Below are positions 15,528 to 23,616 of a stretch of DNA of 48,996 nt, in pieces. Each line of letters begins with the position of its first letter. Position 1 is the stretch's first letter. This DNA comes from a virus. The position numbers and the translations under genes are program-made. The stretch lies in IMG/VR virus record IMGVR_UViG_3300045988_094163; one strand, 5' to 3'. A model generated the notes under the pieces. The model saw nothing but the letters and a program-made list of their open reading frames with translations. It made no database searches and was not told the origin of the DNA.

Positions 15528-15556
15528 ATTATAATATATATAAATATATATGTCAA
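15528..15556 (-). promoter_or_regulatory. Consensus sigma-A promoter in an almost pure A/T spacer
   Basis: TTGACA (15556-15551), 17-nt spacer, TATAAT (15533-15528). Confidence 0.65.
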
Positions 15557-15571
15557 TAACTATTTTATAAA
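15553..15571. repeat. Copy 1 of an exact 19-nt repeat (tcaataactattttataaa)
   Basis: Identical 19-mer at 27361-27379. On the minus strand it is UUUAUAAAAUAGUUAUUGA, which ends in the TTGA of a -35 box. Confidence 0.85.
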
Positions 15572-15575
15572 TTAT

Positions 15576-16376
15576 TTAATTTATTTTATATTGTTCAATA
15601 TCTGTGATTTCTTGTTCTTCCAAAACACTAGGTATTAGATATTCGTTTTTGTTTAAATATTGTTTTATTGTACCTATGTCCATAACTCGTCCATAACCTA
15701 ACTCAAAACCACGGTAGGAACATTCTTTGCTACGTTCCCACACAGCTAATATGATTCTTCGTAACATACTTGGGTGAATCAATGGAAAAGCAACTTGTTT
15801 GATGTTTAAACGCTGTGAAGCATTTTTAACTCTAACTTTTGTGATAACTTGATTCTTTTCAGATGTACCAAAAATTACACTGAGGTTTACACGGTACCCC
15901 TGCTTTTCCAACCGATTTACAAGTTGTAACACTTTCACACTTTCTTTTATGATTGTTTTATTGTCAACATTACAACTATAATTAGCCATTTTGTTAATGG
16001 TTATGACTTTGTTTTTCTGTAGAACAGGTTTACTATTTATCATATTTGTTGGGATTCCCTGCAAATATCTTGGAACGGAACATTGATACCCTACTATATC
16101 ATAAACGTTCTTTTGTTTTGTAGAGATTCCCGTTTGTTTCACATCTACTTGCTTTTTAATTTCCTTTGTTCCATGTTCCCACCCATGCAATAACAAGTCT
16201 TTTGCTTCTTCAAAATTGTTTGTTTTGGTAAATTCATAACTACCGCTCAGACTACAACAACCATTTTCCCTGTTTAAAAAGTTTTCATATGGTTCGTTTG
16301 TTTCGATAAAATGAACCAATTCTGTAATAGTTTCAAACTCTGTAATATAAACGTCTCCTTGCTGTTTCTTTTTCAT
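15576..16376 (-). CDS. Hypothetical protein (266 aa), upstream partner of the CobS-like ATPase
   Basis: Has its own promoter and follows a terminator. An alpha/beta pattern (VITINKMANYS...VKVLQLVNRLEKQGYRVNLSVIF) may be a VWA-like fold without a DxSxS MIDAS motif. More A/T-rich than its neighbours. Confidence 0.5.
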   Translation of the reverse strand: MKKKQQGDVYITEFETITELVHFIETNEPYENFLNRENGCCSLSGSYEFTKTNNFEEAKDLLLHGWEHGTKEIKKQVDVKQTGISTKQKNVYDIVGYQCSVPRYLQGIPTNMINSKPVLQKNKVITINKMANYSCNVDNKTIIKESVKVLQLVNRLEKQGYRVNLSVIFGTSEKNQVITKVRVKNASQRLNIKQVAFPLIHPSMLRRIILAVWERSKECSYRGFELGYGRVMDIGTIKQYLNKNEYLIPSVLEEQEITDIEQYKIN

Positions 16377-16410
16377 GTTCCTATGCCCCTATCTCATTTG
16401 TTCTGATACT

Positions 16411-16439
16411 ATATTAACATGAAATAAAACAAATGTCAA
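16411..16439 (-). promoter_or_regulatory. Sigma-A-type promoter
   Basis: TTGACA (16439-16434), 17-nt spacer, TGtTAATAT (-10 at 16416-16411). Confidence 0.65.
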
Positions 16440-16460
16440 ACAATTTTTAAACATTTTTAA

Positions 16461-16491
16461 AACAAAAAAGGACAGCTTATTTTCGCTGTCC
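16461..16491 (-). terminator. Intrinsic terminator after the RuvC-like gene
   Basis: GGACAGC-GAAAAUAA-GCUGUCC followed by UUUUUUGUUUU. Confidence 0.8.
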
Positions 16492-16504
16492 AATAATTTC
16501 TTCA

Positions 16505-17140
16505 TCAAAATGTTTCCTCCTTTAACTTTTGCTTTCCTTTTGGTAAATATCCATACATAGCAATACAATAGCTATCTGCCAAGTCATCATTGATTTCACA
16601 TGGTACTTTTTTCTTGACCTTTTTGCCACCCTCTACAACGTCCATTTTCACGCTTATAATGCCTTTTTTGCCCCTGCCCTTATATTCCTCGGCTATATGC
16701 TTTAAAAGCCCCCTATCACGCAAATACAAGATAGTACGGTACTTCTCTGGATTGATTCCATACGGATTGTCTAACGGTTTGCTACTTCCTACAATTTGAG
16801 ATTTCCATGAGCGTGTATCAACACTGTACACTGGGGTTTCATTGTAATAATGGAAGAAATCAATGATAGTGGCAATCAACGCTCCTGTTGACTTAATATA
16901 TGCTTCTGACAAGAAACCCTGTGAACGCAGACGGATACGTTCTGTTATCACCAATGGGTTTACTATGTTATGGTCTATCATAATTTCATTTAGCGTGTTT
17001 TCAAGTGCTGTTCTTTTTTCTGAATTGTTATTGCAATATTCATATTCAAGGCTGAACATCTCAACAACTTCTTTATTTTTTAACACCGTTATTCCTGTTC
17101 TTGTATAAGATTGGTCGATTCCTATGACATAATCGTGCAA
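16505..17140 (-). CDS. RuvC-like Holliday junction resolvase (about 211 aa)
   Basis: TTG 17140 (GGAGG 8 nt upstream) preferred over the track GTG 17149. VIGIDQSYTRTGITV N-terminal catalytic Asp strand and C-terminal DDLADSYCIAMYG. Confidence 0.65.
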   Translation of the reverse strand: MHDYVIGIDQSYTRTGITVLKNKEVVEMFSLEYEYCNNNSEKRTALENTLNEIMIDHNIVNPLVITERIRLRSQGFLSEAYIKSTGALIATIIDFFHYYNETPVYSVDTRSWKSQIVGSSKPLDNPYGINPEKYRTILYLRDRGLLKHIAEEYKGRGKKGIISVKMDVVEGGKKVKKKVPCEINDDLADSYCIAMYGYLPKGKQKLKEETF

Positions 17141-17155
17141 CCCTTCCACCTCCTT

Positions 17156-17725
17156 CTAATTGAACGGTAGTATGCTTTCCTCTTCCCATCGTTCAATCGC
17201 TTTCTTTTGTAACTTTCTTGCCTGTTCAATTCCATCTGCTCGCAATACTGTTATAATTCCTTCACGAATCATTGTTTTGCTTTCTTTTGTTTCCATTCTC
17301 AACAGGTTCTCAACCCCTGTCAATCCATAACTGTTTTTATGTTGATACACCACATATAGGTTGTGATAATCATATATGAGTATGTTCTTTCCCTCTATCC
17401 AATCATCGTCAACATATTCTTTCTGCTTCCATGTCAGATTGTACAGGCAACGCTTTTTAAAATATTTTCCAACCGTTCCAAGATAGATGTATCTGCATGA
17501 TAGATTCTTTTCGGTTTTCCTCACCCCAAACACTGTCCCAAAACATAATTTGTTTGATTCACTACACCCCATTTGTTTTAGCCCACTGTCTGAACTCAAC
17601 CAACCTGTAATGTGTCCCATATACGCATGGTGACTTCTACAACCATATTTGTACATCACCCCTGTCTGTACCTTTTCTGTTTTATCCAGATAACAACAAT
17701 TCGCACATGTTATCCCCTTAGCCAT
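17156..17725 (-). CDS. Hypothetical Cys-rich protein (189 aa)
   Basis: ATG 17725 (GGAGG 10 nt upstream). N-terminal CANCCY...GCRSHH cluster. Confidence 0.55.
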   Translation of the reverse strand: MAKGITCANCCYLDKTEKVQTGVMYKYGCRSHHAYMGHITGWLSSDSGLKQMGCSESNKLCFGTVFGVRKTEKNLSCRYIYLGTVGKYFKKRCLYNLTWKQKEYVDDDWIEGKNILIYDYHNLYVVYQHKNSYGLTGVENLLRMETKESKTMIREGIITVLRADGIEQARKLQKKAIERWEEESILPFN

Positions 17726-18213
17726 TGTAAGCATCCCTCCTTTGTTGTAAACACTGGATAATATTGTTTGTCTATCCCTCTGTGTCCAGTATCAATGTTT
17801 GAATTTCTGAACATATAGAACTTTTCATACTTGTTTACATCCACTGTCTTATCATTCATGCAACGATTGATTTCACAGTTATATGTTATTCCATCTTTGT
17901 CAACTGTTGCTTTCACCACTTCTACACGAAAAACTATGTTCTTTGTATATCCTTCCCTTTTTGAAGCAAACACTAGGAACAATTCAGTTCCTATGTCTAC
18001 TAAGAGGTAAACCTTTTTCATCCCTTCTTGTTCTTCTTTCTGTGAGTTCGCACCTTCCATACATTGTACAGATGATGCAATCTTTCTCTGTAATTGTTCT
18101 TCCATACTTACATTTGTTTGTTCTTCTCGTCTTGTTATACATTCCTTGTCCTCACATTCCATACAATCCAAATAGGTAACATATAAGCCCATAGGCTTGC
18201 AATATTTACTCAT
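17710..18213 (-). CDS. Hypothetical protein with an N-terminal Cys cluster (167 aa)
   Basis: ATG 18213 with CAGGAG upstream (the track M1 lies inside the promoter). CKPMGLYVTYLDCMECEDKEC. Confidence 0.55.
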   Translation of the reverse strand: MSKYCKPMGLYVTYLDCMECEDKECITRREEQTNVSMEEQLQRKIASSVQCMEGANSQKEEQEGMKKVYLLVDIGTELFLVFASKREGYTKNIVFRVEVVKATVDKDGITYNCEINRCMNDKTVDVNKYEKFYMFRNSNIDTGHRGIDKQYYPVFTTKEGCLQWLRG

Positions 18214-18237
18214 GTTGTTTTCTCCTGTTCTGATTCT

Positions 18238-18266
18238 ATTATAACAAAAGGGTTGCACAAAGTCAA
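18238..18266 (-). promoter_or_regulatory. Sigma-A-type promoter overlapping a terminator hairpin
   Basis: TTGACT (18266-18261), 17-nt spacer, TGtTATAAT (-10 at 18243-18238). Confidence 0.65.
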
Positions 18267-18269
18267 CCC
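18244..18269 (-). terminator. Intrinsic terminator whose stem contains the -35 box of the next promoter
   Basis: GGGUUG-ACUUUGUG-CAACCC followed by UUUUGUU. The 5-prime arm and loop spell TTGACT. Confidence 0.55.
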
Positions 18270-18280
18270 CTAAATGTAAA

Positions 18281-18514
18281 TTATTCAACAACAATATTTA
18301 CTGCCTCATAATATGTTTCACACAAGATGTCAGTAACTCCGATTACTTTCAGATTACGATGTTTTTCATATCTGTTATCCTGCATTAGTTCCCAATCCAT
18401 TACCGGTTCGCATTCATCAAACAGACATAATCTTTCATGTCCATTTATATTCTTCCATAACCTTATCATTGTGTTTGGACACACATATTCTTTTAAAAAC
18501 TCTTTTAATTTCAT
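18281..18514 (-). CDS. Hypothetical protein (77 aa)
   Basis: ATG 18514 forms an ATGA overlap with the exonuclease stop. AAAAAGGAGAG RBS. Confidence 0.55.
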   Translation of the reverse strand: MKLKEFLKEYVCPNTMIRLWKNINGHERLCLFDECEPVMDWELMQDNRYEKHRNLKVIGVTDILCETYYEAVNIVVE

Positions 18515-19323
18515 TCCAATCTCTCCTTTTTCTTTCCGTAGCATACTTCACGCATCGGACACTGTTCTGCCATCTTACATTGATACCCTGTACACCTTTC
18601 ATGTCTCTGCACAAGTTTCTCTTTTGTTTCAAGCCTGTGTTTGTAATACTGTACTTTCTCCAATCTTGCTATGTATGGTTCAACCTCTTTGTAATTGAAC
18701 TTATACAAATATACTTTTATTTCTTGTGTGTTCTTATCCTCACACAAAACAAAGCCATCATGGATGTCTGTTAAATACATATATAACTGTAACTGCTTTC
18801 TTCCAGATACATGATATTTCTGTTTTTTAAACTGGAACGTATTTACTGACTTTATTTCTCCAACCATTTCTACGCCATCTATATCACAAATAATGTCTGG
18901 CGTATAGGAAAGGTCAAATTCTTCATTGAATCTGCTATAATCACAATCTAACGGTTCTGCATACCCTCCACGAATAAACAATCGTTGCCACTTTTCATGG
19001 ATTGCATCACCCTCTGAAAATATCCGCTTCAACCCAACTGGTACTTGTTCTCCCTGTGCCTGTTTGTAAAACAAACTCAACACTTGCTGTCTGTAACAGA
19101 ACTTATCATCGGAAACAATAATAGCACTCGCATGAAGTCCTTTCCTCTCTGCTGTTTCCTGCCCTCTTGTCATTACTGATTTTAAGAACTGCAATTCTTT
19201 CTTGATGTCCTTATCCAGATAATGCAATGCGTTCAACTTATGTTCCAATTCTGCTTCTTGACTGCTTTGTATCTTTGTTCGATTCCCTTCTGCTTCTCGT
19301 TTGATTTCGTCCATCAATCCCAT
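18511..19323 (-). CDS. Cas4/RecB-like PD-(D/E)XK exonuclease with a Cys cluster (270 aa)
   Basis: ATG 19323 (GAAGGAG upstream). DIICDIDGVEMVGEIKSV and RKQLQLYMYL nuclease motifs. One N-terminal Cys (KFCYRQ) plus the C-terminal CTGYQCKMAEQCPMREVC. Confidence 0.6.
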   Translation of the reverse strand: MGLMDEIKREAEGNRTKIQSSQEAELEHKLNALHYLDKDIKKELQFLKSVMTRGQETAERKGLHASAIIVSDDKFCYRQQVLSLFYKQAQGEQVPVGLKRIFSEGDAIHEKWQRLFIRGGYAEPLDCDYSRFNEEFDLSYTPDIICDIDGVEMVGEIKSVNTFQFKKQKYHVSGRKQLQLYMYLTDIHDGFVLCEDKNTQEIKVYLYKFNYKEVEPYIARLEKVQYYKHRLETKEKLVQRHERCTGYQCKMAEQCPMREVCYGKKKERLE

Positions 19324-19346
19324 TTGTTTTGTTCTCCTTCTTTTCT

Positions 19347-19511
19347 CTATGATACCACATGGACAGAAATAATGCAAGCACTTTTGTAACCTGTGGTAGC
19401 GCAGAATCTCTTCACTGCTTTCAGTTTTGTTTCCGCATAAACGAAAAACCTATGTTCTGCACTACCATCACCAATGTATGTTCTGTTAAATCTGATACAA
19501 TAAAAGTGCAT
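19347..19511 (-). CDS. Small hypothetical protein (54 aa), below the track cutoff
   Basis: MHFYCIRFNRTYIGDGSAEHRFFVYAETKLKAVKRFCATTGYKSACIISVHVVS. The ATG overlaps the recA-like stop (TGATG). Fills the 187-nt gap exactly. Confidence 0.45.
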   Translation of the reverse strand: MHFYCIRFNRTYIGDGSAEHRFFVYAETKLKAVKRFCATTGYKSACIISVHVVS

Positions 19512-20446
19512 CAATCTTCTAACATTTCCTTGTACATTCTCTTGTGTTCTTCCATTATTTCTTTTCGCACTCTGTCAAGGTCTGCAAAATCCACAAACCC
19601 TCTGTCATAAAACAAAGGTATCTCGCACTCACCCTTTGGATTGCAAACCTTTGACTTGACAACCTTGCATTTCATAATCATGCCAATTGTTTCTTTACTT
19701 GCACTATTATAAGGGTTATGGTTCGGAATGTCAATATACCCTTTTCGTGCAACCTGTATTCTAAGACTTGCGCTATGTTTCAACTTGTGACCGCCGGGTG
19801 TTTGTATGTTATCTCCAAAAGGCAATGCGTTCATCTTATCCCGAATCTGGTTTATAAACACAACCGTTGTTCCTGTTTGTTCAATCACATCTTCAAGTGT
19901 GGGCAAATATTTGTCCATGAGCCTTGCAACTCCACCTATCCTCATTTCTTGTTCGCTATCTGTGTTCACTGCTTTTCTAATTTTGTCAATATCATCTTTC
20001 GGTTGCATGGATGGAACACTATCAATCACAATCATGGGTATACCCTCTTCCGCAAATCTGATTGCCCTGTTGAAAGCCTTTTCTCCATACCTTGCTCTGT
20101 ATACCAACATTTGCTTTGGTGTGTTTCCAAACAACCTTGCTCTGTTCGCATCGAACGTACCTTCAATCGGAATGTCAAGGCACATTTCATGTTGAGCGCA
20201 AAACTGATATGCAAGTGTTGTTTTCCCTGCCGATTCTGCTCCGAATATTTCTATTGTTCTGCCTTTCGGTATTCCTCCACCTATGATGGCATCTAAGTCT
20301 GAAAGACCTGTACTCCAACGTGGTATTCGTAACACTCCGTTTTTGCTTCCCAAACTGTAAACCGTTCCTTCTCCTTCTTTCTTTGCAATCTCGGAACACA
20401 ACTTCATAATTCCTGCTTTGTTGATTCCCTTTGTTTTGTTAGCCAT
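19511..20446 (-). CDS. RecA/UvsX-like recombinase (311 aa)
   Basis: STGLSDLDAIIGGGIPKGRTIEIFGAESAGKTTLAYQ (Walker A), MIVIDSV (Walker B) and VVFINQIRDK. Confidence 0.75.
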   Translation of the reverse strand: MANKTKGINKAGIMKLCSEIAKKEGEGTVYSLGSKNGVLRIPRWSTGLSDLDAIIGGGIPKGRTIEIFGAESAGKTTLAYQFCAQHEMCLDIPIEGTFDANRARLFGNTPKQMLVYRARYGEKAFNRAIRFAEEGIPMIVIDSVPSMQPKDDIDKIRKAVNTDSEQEMRIGGVARLMDKYLPTLEDVIEQTGTTVVFINQIRDKMNALPFGDNIQTPGGHKLKHSASLRIQVARKGYIDIPNHNPYNSASKETIGMIMKCKVVKSKVCNPKGECEIPLFYDRGFVDFADLDRVRKEIMEEHKRMYKEMLED

Positions 20447-20768
20447 CTTTCAATCTCTCCATTTCTTTCTCGCTGATTCCAACAATTCCTGCGCTGTCAT
20501 TGCTCTCTGTCGGTCTGAAAAATGCACCATCTTTCTGTGGGTACATAAATTCAAACATAAGGTAATTCATAGCATCGAGCAAATATTCCTTGTTCCCTGT
20601 TCTGTTATATGCTTCTATGCACTTTTCATTACTTCCTAATGCATTGACATATCCTCTGCCGAAGTTACGTCTTGCAGAGCCATATTTGTAAAAAGATGTT
20701 TCCACTCTGTTCTGTCTCAATTCATCAACCTTGTTCGAATACTCATATTTTGGTATATACTGTTCCAT
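20439..20768 (-). CDS. Hypothetical helical protein (109 aa); weak resemblance to MazG/dNTP-pyrophosphohydrolase-type helical domains
   Basis: YKYGSARRNF ... NKEYLLDAMNYLMFEF. Pattern-level resemblance only. Confidence 0.3.
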   Translation of the reverse strand: MEQYIPKYEYSNKVDELRQNRVETSFYKYGSARRNFGRGYVNALGSNEKCIEAYNRTGNKEYLLDAMNYLMFEFMYPQKDGAFFRPTESNDSAGIVGISEKEMERLKDG

Positions 20769-20789
20769 TTTCTCACCACCTTTGTTTTG

Positions 20790-20809
20790 TACGTTTCACA
20801 TGAAACATT
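20790..20809 (-). repeat. Copy 2 of the exact 20-nt hairpin repeat (see 1986-2005), immediately after the dnaE stop codon
   Basis: tacgtttcacatgaaacatt is identical in both copies; the flanks differ. Confidence 0.8.
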
Positions 20810-23536
20810 TTAACGCCCCAACAAACTGCTGTTATATTTTACCACCCTTGACAAATAACGCCGCTTGTTAAACTCCAATGCTCCCTGTTCCTTTAAAATG
20901 TCAATTACTCTTGTTGTTACTGTTCTTCCTTTGCACCTGTCATAGAAATCATCATAGTCTCGGAACACTCCATGTTCCTTTCTTTCATGTTCGATTGCTT
21001 CTGCCGCTTTTTCTCCAATTCCCTTAATGATGCTCAACCCTTGCTGTATAACATTTTCCCCATCCATCATACGCATACTTGTTTCTGCTGTATAATTCAC
21101 ATGGGGTAACATCACAACCGCATTGTCCTTCACCGCAAACTGTGAATACTTGTGCAAATCTGCATCATTCCCTGCATACTTCATCTTGACATACCAGAAC
21201 TCGGCAGGATGGTGTATCTTATACCACATCTGATCTACACTGATAATCGTGTACCCCGTACTGTGTCCTTTGTTAAAACCATAGATAAGCATACTCGCCC
21301 AAATCTCCGTTGTCTGTTCCTTCGTAAGTCCTTCACTTCTACAGCCTTTGAAAAAATCTTTCTTCATCTGTTCAATGATTGGTATGTACTCTGGTTTGTT
21401 CTGATTCTCTGCTTTTTTCATAATCTTTAACAAGTCAAAACTTTGCTGTGGTGTCAAATGTCCTAATTTCTGTGCAACCTCAACTGTCTGTTCTTGGTAC
21501 AACATCGTTCCGTATGTTTCTTTCGTATACTTATAATACGGTGTGCTTCTGTCTATATTTCCAGACAATTTGTTATATGCGTATGTTTCGTGCATCTTTA
21601 ATTGTAACGGTGCTGGTCTGTTCAACGCATTAACCGCAATCACATCTTCAATGCAATCACACTGTATCATGTCCAGAATCTTCTTTGGTGCTGACTTCTC
21701 CATCTGAAATATACCGTCTGTTTTCCCATCTCGGAAACTCTCATATATTTCTTGTTCCTCTCTATCTTCATCTGTAACAACATGATGTGTATACTCTTCC
21801 AACTCTCGCAACTCTGACATTGTTTTAAGTCCTAACATATCGAACTTTGTACAATTAATATGTTCCAAATCATTAAGGTCATAACTACTGCTGAACATAT
21901 CGCCCTTGCGAATCACTGCTGTATAATTCGATATATCAGAACCAACCACTGCCACACCTGCGGCATGTTTTCCTAGATACCGAATTTTTCCAAACAACTT
22001 GGAAAAGTGTTTCATAATGTTGTCATACTGGCTGTTATACTCTTCTGTTCTTTCATCTTCCATGAGTAACTGCATATTCAATCTGCCATCTTCTTCATAC
22101 TCTCGTATAAATCGTTTGATTTCTGCAACCACCTTTTTGTTCTGTTCCTTGTCATACTCATCTAATTCTTTACCACTTGTAGGCAATCCACATACCCCTA
22201 CAAGGTCATTGACAAGGTTGTCAATCTTGTATTCTCCATAAGAACAAATCTGTACCGCCTGTCCTTTGTATTTATTCACAACATAATCAATAACGTCCTG
22301 TCGTCTGTCTGTTTCAAAATCAACATCTATGTCTGGCAACTTCTTCTTTTCCTTACGCATAAATCGGCTAAAATCCAGATTATACTTGATACTATCCACA
22401 TCTGTAATTCCAATAGCATAAGCTACCAAACAATTACACGCCGAACCTCTACCCGGTCCAACCGCTATGTTATGTTCTCTCGCCCAGTTCACATAGTCCT
22501 GTACCATGAGGAAGTAATCATCAAAACCATGATAATGTATTACATCTAATTCATGTTTACATCTTTCAATGTATTCTCGTTTATTCTTTCCTCGTTTTTT
22601 TAATCCTCGTTGCACCATCTTACGCAACACTGTTTCGCTTGATTCTCCATTTGTTTCAATTTTAGGCAGAACCAACTCGCATTGTGAAAGTATATCTTCT
22701 TCCACACTGTCCTGTAACTTCTTTAAGTTGTCAACGAACATCTCTGCAACCATAAAAGCATCCTTAAATTTGTTCTTATAGATTGTTGCAAATCGTTCTT
22801 CTATTTCATACTCGCTAGGCATATACCTTTCTGAATATGTGTTCTTTACATCAAGTGTTGTTTTCCCGATTTCGTGCATCTTACAATAGGTGTCAAAATC
22901 TTCCTTACTTCCAAAATGGCTGTCTGATGTTAGTATACACTTGATTTTCCGCTCCCTTGCTAACTTCATCAAAACATAATCTGTTTTCTGTTGTGTTCCC
23001 TTTTTGTCAATCTTGTATGGCTGAATCTCCACATACAGGTTGTTGCCAAAAATATCCTTGAACTTGTCAAGCAACTTTCCTGCTGTTTCAACATTACCAT
23101 TCACAATCGCTTGACTTGTTGCAGAAGCAATACACGCTGTTGTACAGATTAACCCATCTGCATACTTCTCCAACAGTCCAAAATCTACAATCGGTTTGTA
23201 ATAGAATTGTTCTACATTTGCTTCTGTCATAATGTGACACAAGTTTTCATATCCTGTTTTGTTCTGTGCAAACAAACATAAATGATATGACTTTCTCTGC
23301 GGATTCCTCTTATTAAACTTTGGTTGGAAATACACTTCACACCCTAATATTGGTTTGATTCCTACCTCCTTACACGCCAGCCAGTGTTGCACCAATCCTG
23401 TTATGTTTCCATGATTGCTCAACCCTAATGCTGTATATCCCAATTCCTTTGCCCTTCTCGCTAATTCAATTGGTTTTCCGAATCCATCAAAGAAAGAAGT
23501 TTCGTCATGTCTGTGTAAATCAAAATAATTACCCAC
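20810..23536 (-). CDS. dnaE: DNA polymerase III alpha (DnaE-type) replicative polymerase, 908 aa
   Basis: GTG start. PHP domain DLHRHDETSFFDG...GLSNHGN. Palm motifs GPGRGSACNCLVAYAIGITDVD and LPDIDVDF. HhH region near the C-terminus. Shorter than bacterial DnaE. Confidence 0.9.
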   Translation of the reverse strand: MGNYFDLHRHDETSFFDGFGKPIELARRAKELGYTALGLSNHGNITGLVQHWLACKEVGIKPILGCEVYFQPKFNKRNPQRKSYHLCLFAQNKTGYENLCHIMTEANVEQFYYKPIVDFGLLEKYADGLICTTACIASATSQAIVNGNVETAGKLLDKFKDIFGNNLYVEIQPYKIDKKGTQQKTDYVLMKLARERKIKCILTSDSHFGSKEDFDTYCKMHEIGKTTLDVKNTYSERYMPSEYEIEERFATIYKNKFKDAFMVAEMFVDNLKKLQDSVEEDILSQCELVLPKIETNGESSETVLRKMVQRGLKKRGKNKREYIERCKHELDVIHYHGFDDYFLMVQDYVNWAREHNIAVGPGRGSACNCLVAYAIGITDVDSIKYNLDFSRFMRKEKKKLPDIDVDFETDRRQDVIDYVVNKYKGQAVQICSYGEYKIDNLVNDLVGVCGLPTSGKELDEYDKEQNKKVVAEIKRFIREYEEDGRLNMQLLMEDERTEEYNSQYDNIMKHFSKLFGKIRYLGKHAAGVAVVGSDISNYTAVIRKGDMFSSSYDLNDLEHINCTKFDMLGLKTMSELRELEEYTHHVVTDEDREEQEIYESFRDGKTDGIFQMEKSAPKKILDMIQCDCIEDVIAVNALNRPAPLQLKMHETYAYNKLSGNIDRSTPYYKYTKETYGTMLYQEQTVEVAQKLGHLTPQQSFDLLKIMKKAENQNKPEYIPIIEQMKKDFFKGCRSEGLTKEQTTEIWASMLIYGFNKGHSTGYTIISVDQMWYKIHHPAEFWYVKMKYAGNDADLHKYSQFAVKDNAVVMLPHVNYTAETSMRMMDGENVIQQGLSIIKGIGEKAAEAIEHERKEHGVFRDYDDFYDRCKGRTVTTRVIDILKEQGALEFNKRRYLSRVVKYNSSLLGR

Positions 23537-23564
23537 TTCTGTTGTTCTCCTTCCTTACTCCTTT

Positions 23565-23592
23565 ATTATAACAAAAGGGCTGAATAAATCAA
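23565..23592 (-). promoter_or_regulatory. Sigma-A-type promoter for dnaE
   Basis: TTGATT (23592-23587), 16-nt spacer, TGtTATAAT (-10 at 23570-23565). Confidence 0.6.
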
Positions 23593-23616
23593 CCCCTTAA
23601 TTTTGTTCTGTATGTT

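Noticed and set aside
23571-23612. Terminator between the gp32-like gene and dnaE
   Set aside because: Only a 5-bp stem (AAGGG/CCCUU) with a 14-nt loop can be drawn, which is too weak to call. The promoter in the same region is reported.
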